DNA of 63,703 nt, filler included, from Octopus bimaculoides (taxonomy: Eukaryota), in the NCBI RefSeq assembly GCF_001194135.2. It is 7 parts of 6 records of this genome, joined end to end, with 100 filler letters (N's around TTAATTAATTAA, not from the genome) between each part and the next. Parts side by side here need not be neighbours in the genome. Positions count along the whole stretch, not along the records: positions 46,796 to 53,028 come from NC_069005.1; positions 53,129 to 59,178 come from NC_069002.1; positions 59,279 to 62,333 come from NW_026368904.1; positions 62,434 to 63,703 come from NC_068990.1; 3 more parts are not named here. One strand, given 5' to 3'. Below the pieces are notes generated by a model, which saw nothing but the letters and a program-made list of their open reading frames with translations, did not search any database and was not told the origin of the DNA. Numbering within the stretch: the stretch's first letter is position 1; each line of letters opens with the position of its first letter. Position numbers and translations under genes: made by a program. Shown in pieces: positions 49,534-62,501 of this stretch.

Positions 49534-49915
49534 CGGCAATAAGAAAATGGAGGGGATCAAGTGGTGGCATTTATCAACTTTTAGAATTATATTATGTCTA
49601 TTTATTTATTTATTAAAAAAAAAAACAATTATAACAATATACATGCATGTATAACATATTATGCTTTGCATATATAAAAATACCAGTAATTATTAAAATA
49701 TGTAATGTAGAACATAGAAAGTAGAATAGTTTCTATGTTCTACATTACATATTTTAATAATTACTGGTATTTTTATATATGTAAAGCATAATCTGTTATA
49801 CATGCATGTATATTGTTATAATTGGTTTTTTTTAAAACATAAATAAATTGACATAATATAATGTCTAAAAGTTCATGAATACCACCTCTTGATCCCCTCC
49901 ATTTTCTTAATACCG
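49534..49915. mobile_element. About 380-bp foldback MITE (nearly complete palindrome)
   Basis: Ends TA|CGGCAATAAGAAAATGGAGGGGATCAAG and CTTGATCCCCTCCATTTTCTTAATACCG|TA. The arms pair inward to tagaacatagaaa-gtagaatag-tttctatgttcta. Confidence 0.9.
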
Positions 49916-50100
49916 TATAAATTAAGGGTAAAACAACTTTTTACCCTCACCCATTTATTACATTCAGCAGTGTAATTGCCATGCAAAGAAAAAACACTTG
50001 TGTATCAACAATTGGGTATTTTACCAGCAGTATATTGGTTAGATATCATCCCTTAGATGGTTGGATTCACAACCCCTAACTCTCTTGGAATTATATTTCA

Positions 50101-50248
50101 TCATCATCATCATCGTTTAACGTCCACTTTCCATGCTAACATGGGTTGAATGGTTTGACTGAGGACTGGTGAACCAGATGGCTGCACCAGGCTCCAATCT
50201 GATTTGGCAGAGTTTCTACAGCTGGTTGCCCTTCTTAACGCCAACCAG

Positions 50249-50313
<65 letters not shown>

Positions 50314-50450
50314 CCAGTAGAATATTATGTCACAAAGAAATACATCACAGTAGGCAACTGGAAGAGCAAACAGCCATAGATAACTCTGTACCAACATAGT
50401 CTTGCCTGACCCATGCAAGCATGAAGCAGTAGGCGTGGAAACGATGAGGA
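50101..50450. repeat. Two oppositely oriented (GAT)n-tailed retroposon 3' ends around a (TA)n tract
   Basis: catcatcgtttaacgtccactttccatgctaacatgggttg (minus strand) and cccatgcaagcatg...aaacgatgaggatg (plus strand). The same tail recurs at 51985-52027. Confidence 0.55.
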
Positions 50451-50596
50451 TGGTGACTATGTATGCTAAAATTGCACAAAATCAGTTCATGTTAATAATA
50501 GTTTCAAAATCATTAAAAGTCACCTCAAGCTAGTTGGCTCATTATCATCAGATTTAACTATTAATTATGTCTGTTGCTGTCTGTTTGATATATAAA

Positions 50597-50637
<41 letters not shown>

Positions 50638-50831
50638 CATTTTGTAACTAGAACTTGAAGGAGATAAGGCTATAAATGATAGTATGTGAATATTATTTAT
50701 AGCTTTATCTACTTTGAGTTCTGCATTTATTAAACAAATTATTTCCTGTTCTCTTGAAGTTTCTAAATTCGTATTCTTATGATGTAAGGACATATAAGTA
50801 TGTAACTCACCCACACATGTATACATATATA

Positions 50832-51181
50832 TATAGGCGCAGGCATGGTTTTGTGGTAAGAAGCTTGCTTCCCAACCACTTGCTTGGGGGTTCAGTTCAA
50901 CTGTGTGGCACCTTGGGCATGTGTCTTCCACTATAACCTCAGGTCAACCAAAGCCTTGTATGTGGATTTGGTAGACAGAAACTGAAAGAAGCCTGTCATA
51001 TATATATAATTTAATTCATATATAAATTAAATTATATATATTCATGGAAGAAAGTGATGTTTTTTTTTTTCCTTATGAGGTTGTTTCATGCTAATTACTT
51101 GATAAATTTTTATAAAATCTTTATCCTAATATTATTTCATATATATATATATATATGTATGTATGTATGTATGTATATATA

Positions 51182-51212
<31 letters not shown>

Positions 51213-51339
51213 ATGTATGTATATACTTGTGTGTGTGTTTGAGTTTGTCCTACCCACCACTGTTTTAGAACCGGTGTTGCTGTGTTTATGTCCCTGTAAC
51301 TTAGCAGTTTGGTAAAATAGACCAATAGAATAAGTACCA
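50832..51339 (+). mobile_element. SINE group A copy with an expanded internal simple-repeat region
   Basis: Head ataggcgcaggcatggttttgtggtaagaagc. The body resumes at about 51235 after AT-rich and (TATG)/(TG) sequence and runs into a gap. Confidence 0.8.
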
Positions 51340-52024
51340 NNNNNNNNNNNNNNNNNNNNNNNNNNNNNNNNNNNNNNNNNNNNNNNNNNNNNNNNNNNNN
51401 NNNNNNNNNNNNNNNNNNNNNNNNNNNNNNNNNNNNNNNNNNNNNNNNNNNNNNNNNNNNNNNNNNNNNNNNNNNNNNNNNNNNNNNNNNNNNNNNNNNN
51501 NNNNNNNNNNNNNNNNNNNNNNNNNNNNNNNNNNNNNNNNNNNNNNNNNNNNNNNNNNNNNNNNNNNNNNNNNNNNNNNNNNNNNNNNNNNNNNNNNNNN
51601 NNNNNNNNNNNNNNNNNNNNNNNNNNNNNNNNNNNNNNNNNNNNNNNNNNNNNNNNNNNNNNNNNNNNNNNNNNNNNNNNNNNNNNNNNNNNNNNNNNNN
51701 NNNNNNNNNNNNNNNNNNNNNNNNNNNNNNNNNNNNNNNNNNNNNNNNNNNNNNNNNNNNNNNNNNNNNNNNNNNNNNNNNNNNNNNNNNNNNNNNNNNN
51801 NNNNNNNNNNNNNNNNNNNNNNNNNNNNNNNNNNNNNNNNNNNNNNNNNNNNNNNNNNNNNNNNNNNNNNNNNNNNNNNNNNNNNNNNNNNNNNNNNNNN
51901 NNNNNNNNNNNNNNNNNNNNNNNNNNNNNNNNNNNNNNNTATATATATGCATATGGCTTTTATTTATATATATATATTTATATAACCTATGCTAGCATGG
52001 AAGGCGGATGTTAAACGACGATGA

Positions 52025-52061
<37 letters not shown>

Positions 52062-52264
52062 CACACACATATGCATGTGTGTATATAGGATATATATATA
52101 TATATATATATATAGATATAGATATATATCCATGCATGTATCTAATTTATGCCTATATATGTGAATATATGCATTTATGTATATAGTTTCTATATACATT
52201 AAATATGTATATAGATGTTTATATATGTATACATATATTCACACTCAAATATATATATATATAT

Positions 52265-52440
52265 GGGAAGGTGCATAGTTTAGTGGTTAAGGTGTTGCAC
52301 TCCTGATTGCGAGATTATGGGTTCGATTCCCAGATCAGGCATTGCATTGTGTTCTTGAGCAAAGCACTTCATTTCACATTGCTCTGCAATCATTTCGACA
52401 GCTGACATGTGGCACCTATTGCACCTGTTGAACCCTCATA
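52265..52440 (+). mobile_element. SINE group B (tail type 4)
   Basis: Head gaaggtgcatagtttagtggttaagg...gggttcgattcc. The tail gctctgcaatcatttcgacagctgac is shared with 54400-54590 on the minus strand. Confidence 0.7.
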
Positions 52441-52472
52441 CATTGTCTAACAACGGGAGAATCCCTCATATA

Positions 52473-53028
52473 CAGGGGTTGGACAAAATAAATGGAAACA
52501 CCTTTAAATTTTAAACAAATTTATCTTAATATGAGGTAGGACTGCCTTTAGCAGTAATTACAACTTGAATTCTATGAGGTATGAACTCATACAAAGTTTG
52601 AATTGTTTCCAAAGGAATTTTTGTCCATACTTCAGCTAAAACAGTCTCCTATTTCTTGTAATGATTTGTAATGACGATGGTGGAGGATATTGACTCTATA
52701 CTTGTTTTTCTAAAATGCACCATAGATGTTCAACAATATTGAGATCTGGGGACTGTGGTGGCCAAATAAGATGTTCAACTTCACTACAATGTTCCTTGTG
52801 CCATTCAGTAACAACTTTAGCTGTGTGAATTGGTGCATTATCATCCTGAAAGATTGCGTTGCCCTCCGGAAACAGTTCTGCAACCACAGGATGAATTTGA
52901 TCAGATAAAATGCGTCTTCCCTCTTTCTCAAAAGCTGTCATTACTTTCAAAATAGTACTTCTTGATACACCAAACATTTCGCCTGCTTTCATTATGCTAG
53001 CACCTGCCATTCGAGTACCGACAATTTG
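52473..53028 (-). mobile_element. Tc1-like (DD34E) transposon, internally deleted, other end lost in a gap
   Basis: TIR TA|CAGGGGTTGGACAAAATAAATGGAAACACC. ORF 52696..53010 joins an HTH-like part (GVSRSTILKVMTAF) to IFQDDNAPIHTAK...WPPQSPDLNIVEHLW. Confidence 0.92.
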
Positions 53029-53187
53029 NNNNNNNNNNNNNNNNNNNNNNNNNNNNNNNNNNNNNNNNNNNNTTAATTAATTAANNNNNNNNNNNNNNNN
53101 NNNNNNNNNNNNNNNNNNNNNNNNNNNNTATATATATCCCATATATACACATGTATGTATGTGTGTATGTATGTATGTATGTATGTA

Positions 53188-53226
<39 letters not shown>

Positions 53227-53756
53227 TGTATTTCAATCATATTTATTCAGTCTTTGAATTTCTGGTTAAGAAGAAAGAAAAAAGTTTTTATAGTAAAGAT
53301 TAAAAAGAAATATCCCTAAAGCGTTCATTTTGGTGTGAGTGCGTGCCAGTGTGTATGCGTATGTGTGTTTGTGTGCATGTATGTTTGTATATTTGTATGT
53401 GTGTACGTATGTGAAATTTACACACACGCAATCGCATTTCTATGCAGTCGTATGTCACAAACACAAGGAGAAATAGGAGAGAATACACACGTACACACAC
53501 GGACACATAAACATTCACACACACATGCTTATTTACATACATATATACATACACACACACACACATATGTATACACATACGCAGACATGTACATGTATAC
53601 ACACACACACATATATAACACACATGTGCATGCATATACATACACCCACACAGATAAATATACAAATATTTAACGACATTCTCTTAGGCACGAATGTGAG
53701 TTATTTCATTGTTGTTACATCTATCCTTGTGTTTGTCATTCTCTCTCTCTCTCTCT

Positions 53757-53839
<83 letters not shown>

Positions 53840-54860
53840 ATCGTGTATATAGTCTTGTGTGTGTTTGTGAGCGTTCGTACATGTATATCTATATGCACGT
53901 TTGTCTTAAATATTCTTTAATCACGGAAGCAGTGACGTAATTGATAGGAAAATGTTTCGAATCAGTCATATATCCTGGTTGCAATCTCAGCTCCCCGATT
54001 TTTGTTTCATTGAAAGATACTAGTGTCATGTGAACGAATTATCTCATTGGCACCGATCCTCCCCATTTTACATCATTGCTTTTATCTGTAGACCCATCCT
54101 CATTGTTTATCTTAATAGATCCTAAGAAAGATAAAAAGAAGTTATTAGCGTCTATTTGAAATCTCACACCGCTTGGAGATGGATGAAATATACATACATT
54201 AATATATATATATATATACATAAATGTATATCTAATATATATATATATATATACTGTAAATAATAATTCTAATTTTCAGATAAGAGCTCATATGCTATCA
54301 GCGTGTGTTGGCTAAAGAAAATAGTCAAATTTTGGGGCTCTCGACGTTTTCTGGGTTCGACAATTCATACCACACAGATGATTTGTTCATAGTGATCAAT
54401 TGTTTGTGTAGTCATAAGCTCACTCCCTCCATCAAATTGATATTACCTGTACAGGTACAACAGGTACCGCGTGTCAGATGTCGAATTGATCGCAGAGCAA
54501 CGTGAACTGATAGACTTTGCTCAAGAACACAACGCAACGCTCGGTCTGGGAATCGAACCCACGATCTCACAATCGGGCAAATTGCTGCACGAATATTCCC
54601 ATCTACTTACACACACACGCGCCACAATATCCTGACGTGTGTGAATACACAAACTCTCATATTGTACTCGACTTGTCTACACATCCATCCGCACATCCGC
54701 ACACATGTATCTCTTCACAAGAATGTGGATAACTGTAAACACGCATACACACACAAGAAGAAAACACAACATACATACACACACATTTGTTCATTAATAT
54801 ACTTCATATAAATGCAGTATTTATGATGTACAATGTGTGTATATATATATATATATACAC

Positions 54861-54916
<56 letters not shown>

Positions 54917-55169
54917 ATATATATGTATGTATATATTATATATAGCCACATGTGTTGTTCGTTAATCATGGATGTACAATATTGAGGCTAATCCTATAAC
55001 ATAACAGATATGCCCGCTTTTATTTAATAGGGCCTCACAATAATCTGTTGGTTAACGTCTTTAGTTTCCGGTTTGGGACGTATAACGAAGTAAATTAAGA
55101 TGGCTGGCAAACAACTTAACTCATCATCAACATCGCTATGATATAAAAAAAAAACATTTAAAAATCGTG

Positions 55170-55562
55170 CATTTTCCTTATAAATAATGACGATGATAAT
55201 GATGATGAGGATGATGATGATGATGACGATGATGATGATGATGATAATGAACGTAATAAAAAGGATGGAAAAATGCTGATGATGCTGATGACGATAATGA
55301 TAATGTTGTTTTAGTTGTTGTTGATGATGATGAGGATGACGATTGTAATGAGGCTGGTTGTAGAAATAATGATGACGATGATAATGGATAATGATGGCGG
55401 TGATGATGATGGTGAAGATAATGATGATGATAATGGTGACGATGATGATGGTCGTGATAAAGATAACGTCGACGATATCGACGGCGATGATGATGGAGAT
55501 GATGAGGACGATGATTGAGTGTGATGAGGATAATGATGATGGTGATGATGATGATGATAGAC

Positions 55563-55616
<54 letters not shown>

Positions 55617-57269
55617 CGATGNNNNNNNNNNNNNNNNNNNNNNNNNNNNNNNNNNNNNNNNNNNNNNNNNNNNNNNNNNNNNNNNNNNNNNNNNNNNNNN
55701 NNNNNNNNNNNNNNNNNNNNNNNNNNNNNNNNNNNNNNNNNNNNNNNNNNNNNNNNNNNNNNNNNNNNNNNNNNNNNNNNNNNNNNNNNNNNNNNNNNNN
55801 NNNNNNNNNNNNNNNNNNNNNNNNNNNNNNNNNNNNNNNNNNNNNNNNNNNNNNNNNNNNNNNNNNNNNNNNNNNNNNNNNNNNNNNNNNNNNNNNNNNN
55901 NNNNNNNNNNNNNNNNNNNNNNNNNNNNNNNNNNNNNNNNNNNNNNNNNNNNNNNNNNNNNNNNNNNNNNNNNNNNNNNNNNNNNNNNNNNNNNNNNNNN
56001 NNNNNNNNNNNNNNNNNNNNNNNNNNNNNNNNNNNNNNNNNNNNNNNNNNNNNNNNNNNNNNNNNNNNNNNNNNNNNNNNNNNNNNNNNNNNNNNNNNNN
56101 NNNNNNNNNNNNNNNNNNNNNNNNNNNNNNNNNNNNNNNNNNNNNNNNNNNNNNNNNNNNNNNNNNNNNNNNNNNNNNNNNNNNNNNNNNNNNNNNNNNN
56201 NNNNNNNNNNNNNNNNNNNNNNNNNNNNNNNNNNNNNNNNNNNNNNNNNNNNNNNNNNNNNNNNNNNNNNNNNNNNNNNNNNNNNNNNNNNNNNNNNNNN
56301 NNNNNNNNNNNNNNNNNNNNNNNNNNNNNNNNNNNNNNNNNNNNNNNNNNNNNNNNNNNNNNNNNNNNNCCACCACCACCACCACCACCACCAATAACAA
56401 CAACTACAAGAATAATAATAATCATAATGATAATATGATGATGATATAATGATAATGATGATGATTATGATGATGTGTAGAATTCGTTATCGATTAGGAT
56501 TTTTTACAGTCGTATTATTTCATTTGTGTTCATCCGTTTATCCACATATATACACACACATGTGTATATGTATGCATAAGTGTATGTATGCAAATATTTT
56601 GTTTTTTGGATGTCTATATATATATATATATATATATAGAATATTTGACAGTACTTATGATATGGATATTTATGTATTCAATATTGCAATTGATGTAGAA
56701 ATATGTATACATGTGTTCGTGTGTGTATACGCATATATAAGCATACATGTATATATGCACTCATATATATTCATGCACACTGCATATTGCAAATACACAC
56801 GCATATGTCCTTCCTTTACTAACAGACAAATCGATCTCTCTCTCCCTCTCACCTCTCTCTCGTTGCTTTTATATAGATACATTTTTTTATATATGTATAT
56901 ANNNNNNNNNNATGTACTATGATGATGATTATGTTTATGGTGATGATGGTGATGATGATGATGAACCTGAAGAAATAGACGTTAATGATGATAACGATGA
57001 TAACGCTAGCAACAAAAACAACAGCATCGATAGCAATGCTAGCAATCATAACAGTCGCCGCCGCCGACAACATTACTAACAAGACGATACAAGCGACAGC
57101 ACGACAAAAGAATATTAATATCAAGATTAACGTTGTACAATGGCAGAAATCAATACCAATAAAACGGGGGGAAATAATATCGATATGAATAATAGAAACG
57201 ATGATAATAATAACAATAATAATAATTCGAAGAAGGACAATACCTCCACCACCACCACCACCACCACCA
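55170..57269. repeat. (GAT)n/(AAT)n/(CAC)n microsatellite-rich tract with gaps
   Basis: Directly visible. Confidence 0.9.
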
Positions 57270-58123
57270 NNNNNNNNNNNNNNNNNNNNNNNNNNNNNNN
57301 NNNNNNNNNNNNNNNNNNNNNNNNNNNNNNNNNNNNNNNNNNNNNNNNNNNNNNNNNNNNNNNNNNNNNNNNNNNNNNNNNNNNNNNNNNNNNNNNNNNN
57401 NNNNNNNNNNNNNNNNNNNNNNNNNNNNNNNNNNNNNNNNNNNNNNNNNNNNNNNNNNNNNNNNNNNNNNNNNNNNNNNNNNNNNNNNNNNNNNNNNNNN
57501 NNNNNNNNNNNNNNNNNNNNNNNNNNNNNNNNNNNNNNNNNNNNNNNNNNNNNNNNNNNNNNNNNNNNNNNNNNNNNNNNNNNNNNNNNNNNNNNNNNNN
57601 NNNNNNNNNNNNNNNNNNNNNNNNNNNNNNNNNNNNNNNNNNNNNNNNNNNNNNNNNNNNNNNNNNNNNNNNNNNNNNNNNNNNNNNNNNNNNNNNNNNN
57701 NNNNNNNNNNNNNNNNNNNNNNNNNNNNNNNNNNNNNNNNNNNNNNNNNNNNNNNNNNNNNNNNNNNNNNNNNNNNNNNNNNNNNNNNNNNNNNNNNNNN
57801 NNNNNNNNNNNNNNNNNNNNNNNNNNNNNNNNNNNNNNNNNNNNNNNNNNNNNNNNNNNNNNNNNNNNNNNNNNNNNNNNNNNNNNNNNNNNNNNNNNNN
57901 NNNNNNNNNNNNNNNNNNNNNNNNNNNNNNNNNNNNNNNNNNNNNNNNNNNNNNNNNNNNNNNNNNNNNNNNNNNNNNNNNNNNNNNNNNNNNNNNNNNN
58001 NNNNNNNNNNNNNNNNNNNNNNNNNNNNNNNNNNNNNNNNNNNNNNNNNNNNNNNNNNNNNNNNNNNNNNNNNNNNNNNNNNNNNNNNNNNNNNNNNNNN
58101 NNNNNNNNNNNNNNNNNNNNNNN

Positions 58124-58193
<70 letters not shown>

Positions 58194-58920
58194 GTATATA
58201 AATATATACATATATAATTGTATAATAACTACATAATATATATCATAATGATCTACATAAGTATGCAAAAATATATAAGAATATATATTCACGCACACGC
58301 ATTTACATACATACAAACATATATACATACATTTAGATATAGATATGCGTATACATATATAAATATCACACACACACACACATATATGTATGTATATACA
58401 TTTCTACGTATTTTCATCTTTCTGTGTGCTTCTTCAGCCATGTTTTTCCCTCCATTTTCTTAGTTTTGTTACCTTCTCGTCGGTTAATTAGATATTATTG
58501 AAACTAAACAGGCTGAATATAATATTGTAATATCGTATTTTTTTAGTGGGATAGGGAACAGGGTCGGCGTATGGGGGTTGTCTGGGGCTGAGAAACACTG
58601 GTGAGAAATATAATAAGCCCAATTGCTTCTCCGTCAGTTTTGTTTTAGATGTTAGTAATAAAGAGATATCTGCGTTGTAATAAATACATAAGTGGATTAG
58701 GAAGATTAATAAATTATATAATGGAATTGTGGATAGCATAAAAACAGAGAAATTGATGTATTTGAACATGGATTGATAAATGCATACGTGTATATATATG
58801 TATGTAACGTGTTTAAGTATGTGTATGTACGTATGTGTTTATATGTATATGTATGTGTGTATATTTGCGAGAAGTTGTCTGTGTGAAACACATATTGAAT
58901 CACTGATAAAGGGGAACACA

Positions 58921-59018
58921 CGCACGCGCACGCACACGCGCACGCACACGCGCACGCACACGCGCACGCACACGCGCACGCACACGCGCACGCACACGCG
59001 CACGCACACGCACACACA
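58921..59018. repeat. 12-bp tandem repeat (CGCACGCACACG)n
   Basis: About seven to eight near-perfect units of strictly alternating purine and pyrimidine. Confidence 0.9.
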
Positions 59019-59307
59019 TTACGTACATATATTATCTGTATATTCAGGGATATAAAAATATACATGTGCATCTGTCTCTATCTGTTTTTATGTATGTATG
59101 TATGTATTTATGTATGTATGTATATATATATATGTGTGTGTGTGTGTGCATATATATATATGTATATATACATATATGNNNNNNNNNNNNNNNNNNNNNN
59201 NNNNNNNNNNNNNNNNNNNNNNTTAATTAATTAANNNNNNNNNNNNNNNNNNNNNNNNNNNNNNNNNNNNNNNNNNNNTGGTAAACGGATGCGGTTACCG
59301 AAGCAGA

Positions 59308-59342
<35 letters not shown>

Positions 59343-59362
59343 ACTATCTATCTATCTATCTA

Positions 59363-59418
<56 letters not shown>

Positions 59419-59984
59419 TCTATCTATCAGCTATTTGTTTGTTTGTCTGTCTACCTATCAGTATGTCTGTCAGTTTGTCCCACTCATTCATATATATATA
59501 CACAGTCAAGAGCTACATATGTCGATGTGTATACTCATATATCTACACACATACGTACAATGCATATGTATGTATGAATGTATGTATGTATGTATATATT
59601 TATATATTTATGTATGTATGCATATTCTATTGTATTTCAGGTCTTGTTAATTCTTAATTTCATTGGACACATACTCAGGCGCACAGAAAAAGACGGAGAG
59701 ATTTATATGTAATATTATCATAAGCAAACATGCTGCAGGCATGTTATATAAAGAACAAGCCTTGATTTTAGTTTAATATGTAAGTAGATAAGGTAATGTG
59801 AAGTAAAATGGTAGTAAATTGTGTGTGGTGGTTGAATTAAAGGCATAACAAGTCTACCAAGCTTTCGACTTAGTAAACACAAACCTGGAATACGTGACTA
59901 TGCAGGTGTATCATTAACCGAAATTTCATTTACAAAGTTTAAAATAAAGAATGAATACACCTTTATACGTCTTTCTGTATGGAT

Positions 59985-60038
<54 letters not shown>

Positions 60039-60488
60039 CATATATATATTGCACACACGTATACATATATGTATATGTGTGTGTGAATGCATATCTATAT
60101 GAATGAATATGTACGTGTCTGTATATATGTTACTTATATCTGCATACATACACACAAGCGCTTATATATTAATGTACAATATATGTAAATTTTCATATAC
60201 ATTTATTTGCGTATTTCAGTATGTGCGTGAGTGTGTGAATGTGCATATTTGCCTGAGTATAAATGCGTGTACATGTGTATGTGCGTGTGTGTGCCTGTGT
60301 GTAAGTTTGTATGTATGTGCAGGTTATCAACGAAAATACTGGAATTTGGATCAAAGTTTGAATAGAATTTATCCATGGGCTGTGAGAACCGTGATCTACT
60401 TACAAAATCTAATGGTGCATTTTTCATCACTAGGCAGTTGGACATCCATGTGCTCAAATCCTATAGAATGATTCAAAGATTCATAGAT

Positions 60489-60529
<41 letters not shown>

Positions 60530-60533
60530 CAAA

Positions 60534-60927
60534 AGAAGTGGCTGTGTGGTAAGTACCTCGCTTACCAACCACATGGTTCCGGGTTCAGTCCCAGTGCATG
60601 GCACCTTGGGCAAGTGTCTTCTACTATAGCCTCGGGCCGACCAAAGCCTTGTGAGTGGATTTGGTAGGTGGAAACTGAAAGAAACCCGTCGTATATACAT
60701 ATATATATGTGTGTGTGCATAGGTTTGTGTGTTTGTGTTTGTGTCCCCACCATCGCTTGACAACCGATGTAGGTGTGTTTACGTCCCCGTAACTTAGATG
60801 TTCGGTAAAGTGACCGATAGAATAACTACTGGGCTTACAAAAAAATAAGTCCTGGGGTCGTTTTGTTCGACTAAAGATGGTGCTCCAGCACGGCCGCAGT
60901 CAAAAGACTGAAACAAATAAAAGAATA
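60534..60927 (+). mobile_element. SINE group A, well-preserved copy
   Basis: gtggctgtgtggtaag (A-box), gggttcagtccc (B-box), ccttgggcaagtgtctt core, a short internal (TA)/(TG) tract, and tail gactgaaacaaataaaagaata. Confidence 0.88.
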
Positions 60928-62465
60928 ATATTTATGTCTATACGAATGTGTGTGTGTGTGTGTTTGCGTGCGCGCGTGTGTGTTATCGTATATCTACATG
61001 TATATCGTATTTTATTGATGCGGGGGCGGGACATATAATAATGTTCAAACTGTCGGGGCAAATAATGCTCCAAAAGGCAACAGGCTTCTCAGGCAAAGTT
61101 ACCCTAGGTGTATATAGTATACAGACGAAGTTTTATCAAAGTTTACAATTTGCACATTTTTGCACACACTAACACTTATACACACCGAGCAGTATAAGCA
61201 CAATATTGTATGTGTACGTGCATTATGTAAGTATACATACATACATACATACATACATATANNNNNNNNNNNNNNNNNNNNNNNNNNNNNNNNNNNNNNN
61301 NNNNNNNNNNNNNNNNNNNNNNNNNNNNNNNNNNNNNNNNNNNNNNNNNNNNNNNNNNNNNNNNNNNNNNNNNNNNNNNNNNNNNNNNNNNNNNNNNNNN
61401 NNNNNNNNNNNNNNNNNNNNNNNNNNNNNNNNNNNNNNNNNNNNNNNNNNNNNNNNNNNNNNNNNNNNNNNNNNNNNNNNNNNNNNNNNNNNNNNNNNNN
61501 NNNNNNNNNNNNNNNNNNNNNNNNNNNNNNNNNNNNNNNNNNNNNNNNNNNNNNNNNNNNNNNNNNNNNNNNNNNNNNNNNNNNNNNNNNNNNNNNNNNN
61601 NNNNNNNNNNNNNNNNNNNNNNNNNNNNNNNNNNNNNNNNNNNNNNNNNNNNNNNNNNNNNATATATATATATATATATATAATCGTTAATGGCGCGAAA
61701 TTGTTACGATTAAAGGACGAAAACTGATTAGTGACTTTTTCCGTGTGGGTCCTTTGTCGCCCCTCTATGCAATTTTTGAATCTACATATGTAGATACTTA
61801 CATACATATATGCATACATAAATGTATGTACGTAAGTATGTATACATTGTATATACACACACATAATTTCAGTGAATATTATATAAACTGATATGTTATT
61901 TCTCATCACCAATGTATCCTCATCATCTCCATCATTAATAAATTCTTAATACTTTTCATCAAATCATCATCATTATTGTTCATCTGTAGTGTAGTGGTAT
62001 ACTTAAATAGAAACTATTTCCAAAGCAACCCAGCCATACTTACAGAAGAAATTTTTCCGTTCAGAGATCAAGCAATTCATAGAGAGTATTTGCTATCATT
62101 TTCCAAAGGGTGGTCAGAATACCTTTAATGTTATGAACAGAGAGTGACTCAAATCTTTAATCCTCTCGATTCTCATTTAATGATTTTGTATATGTATCTT
62201 ACGAGTTATCGTTAATTTTATTAGTATTAACAATCGATATATGAATATATGTGTGTATGTGTATGTGTATGTGTGTGTGTATACACACATCTATTTATAT
62301 GTATAGTATATGTGTGTATACGTGTATATATATNNNNNNNNNNNNNNNNNNNNNNNNNNNNNNNNNNNNNNNNNNNNTTAATTAATTAANNNNNNNNNNN
62401 NNNNNNNNNNNNNNNNNNNNNNNNNNNNNNNNNTGAATGCTGCCTGAAGGATGACTTCAAGGCTA

Positions 62466-62500
<35 letters not shown>

Positions 62501-62501
<1 letters not shown>

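Noticed and set aside
61015-61045. GC-box followed by a TATA-like sequence as a promoter
   Set aside because: Short motifs like these are expected by chance, and no downstream gene was identified.
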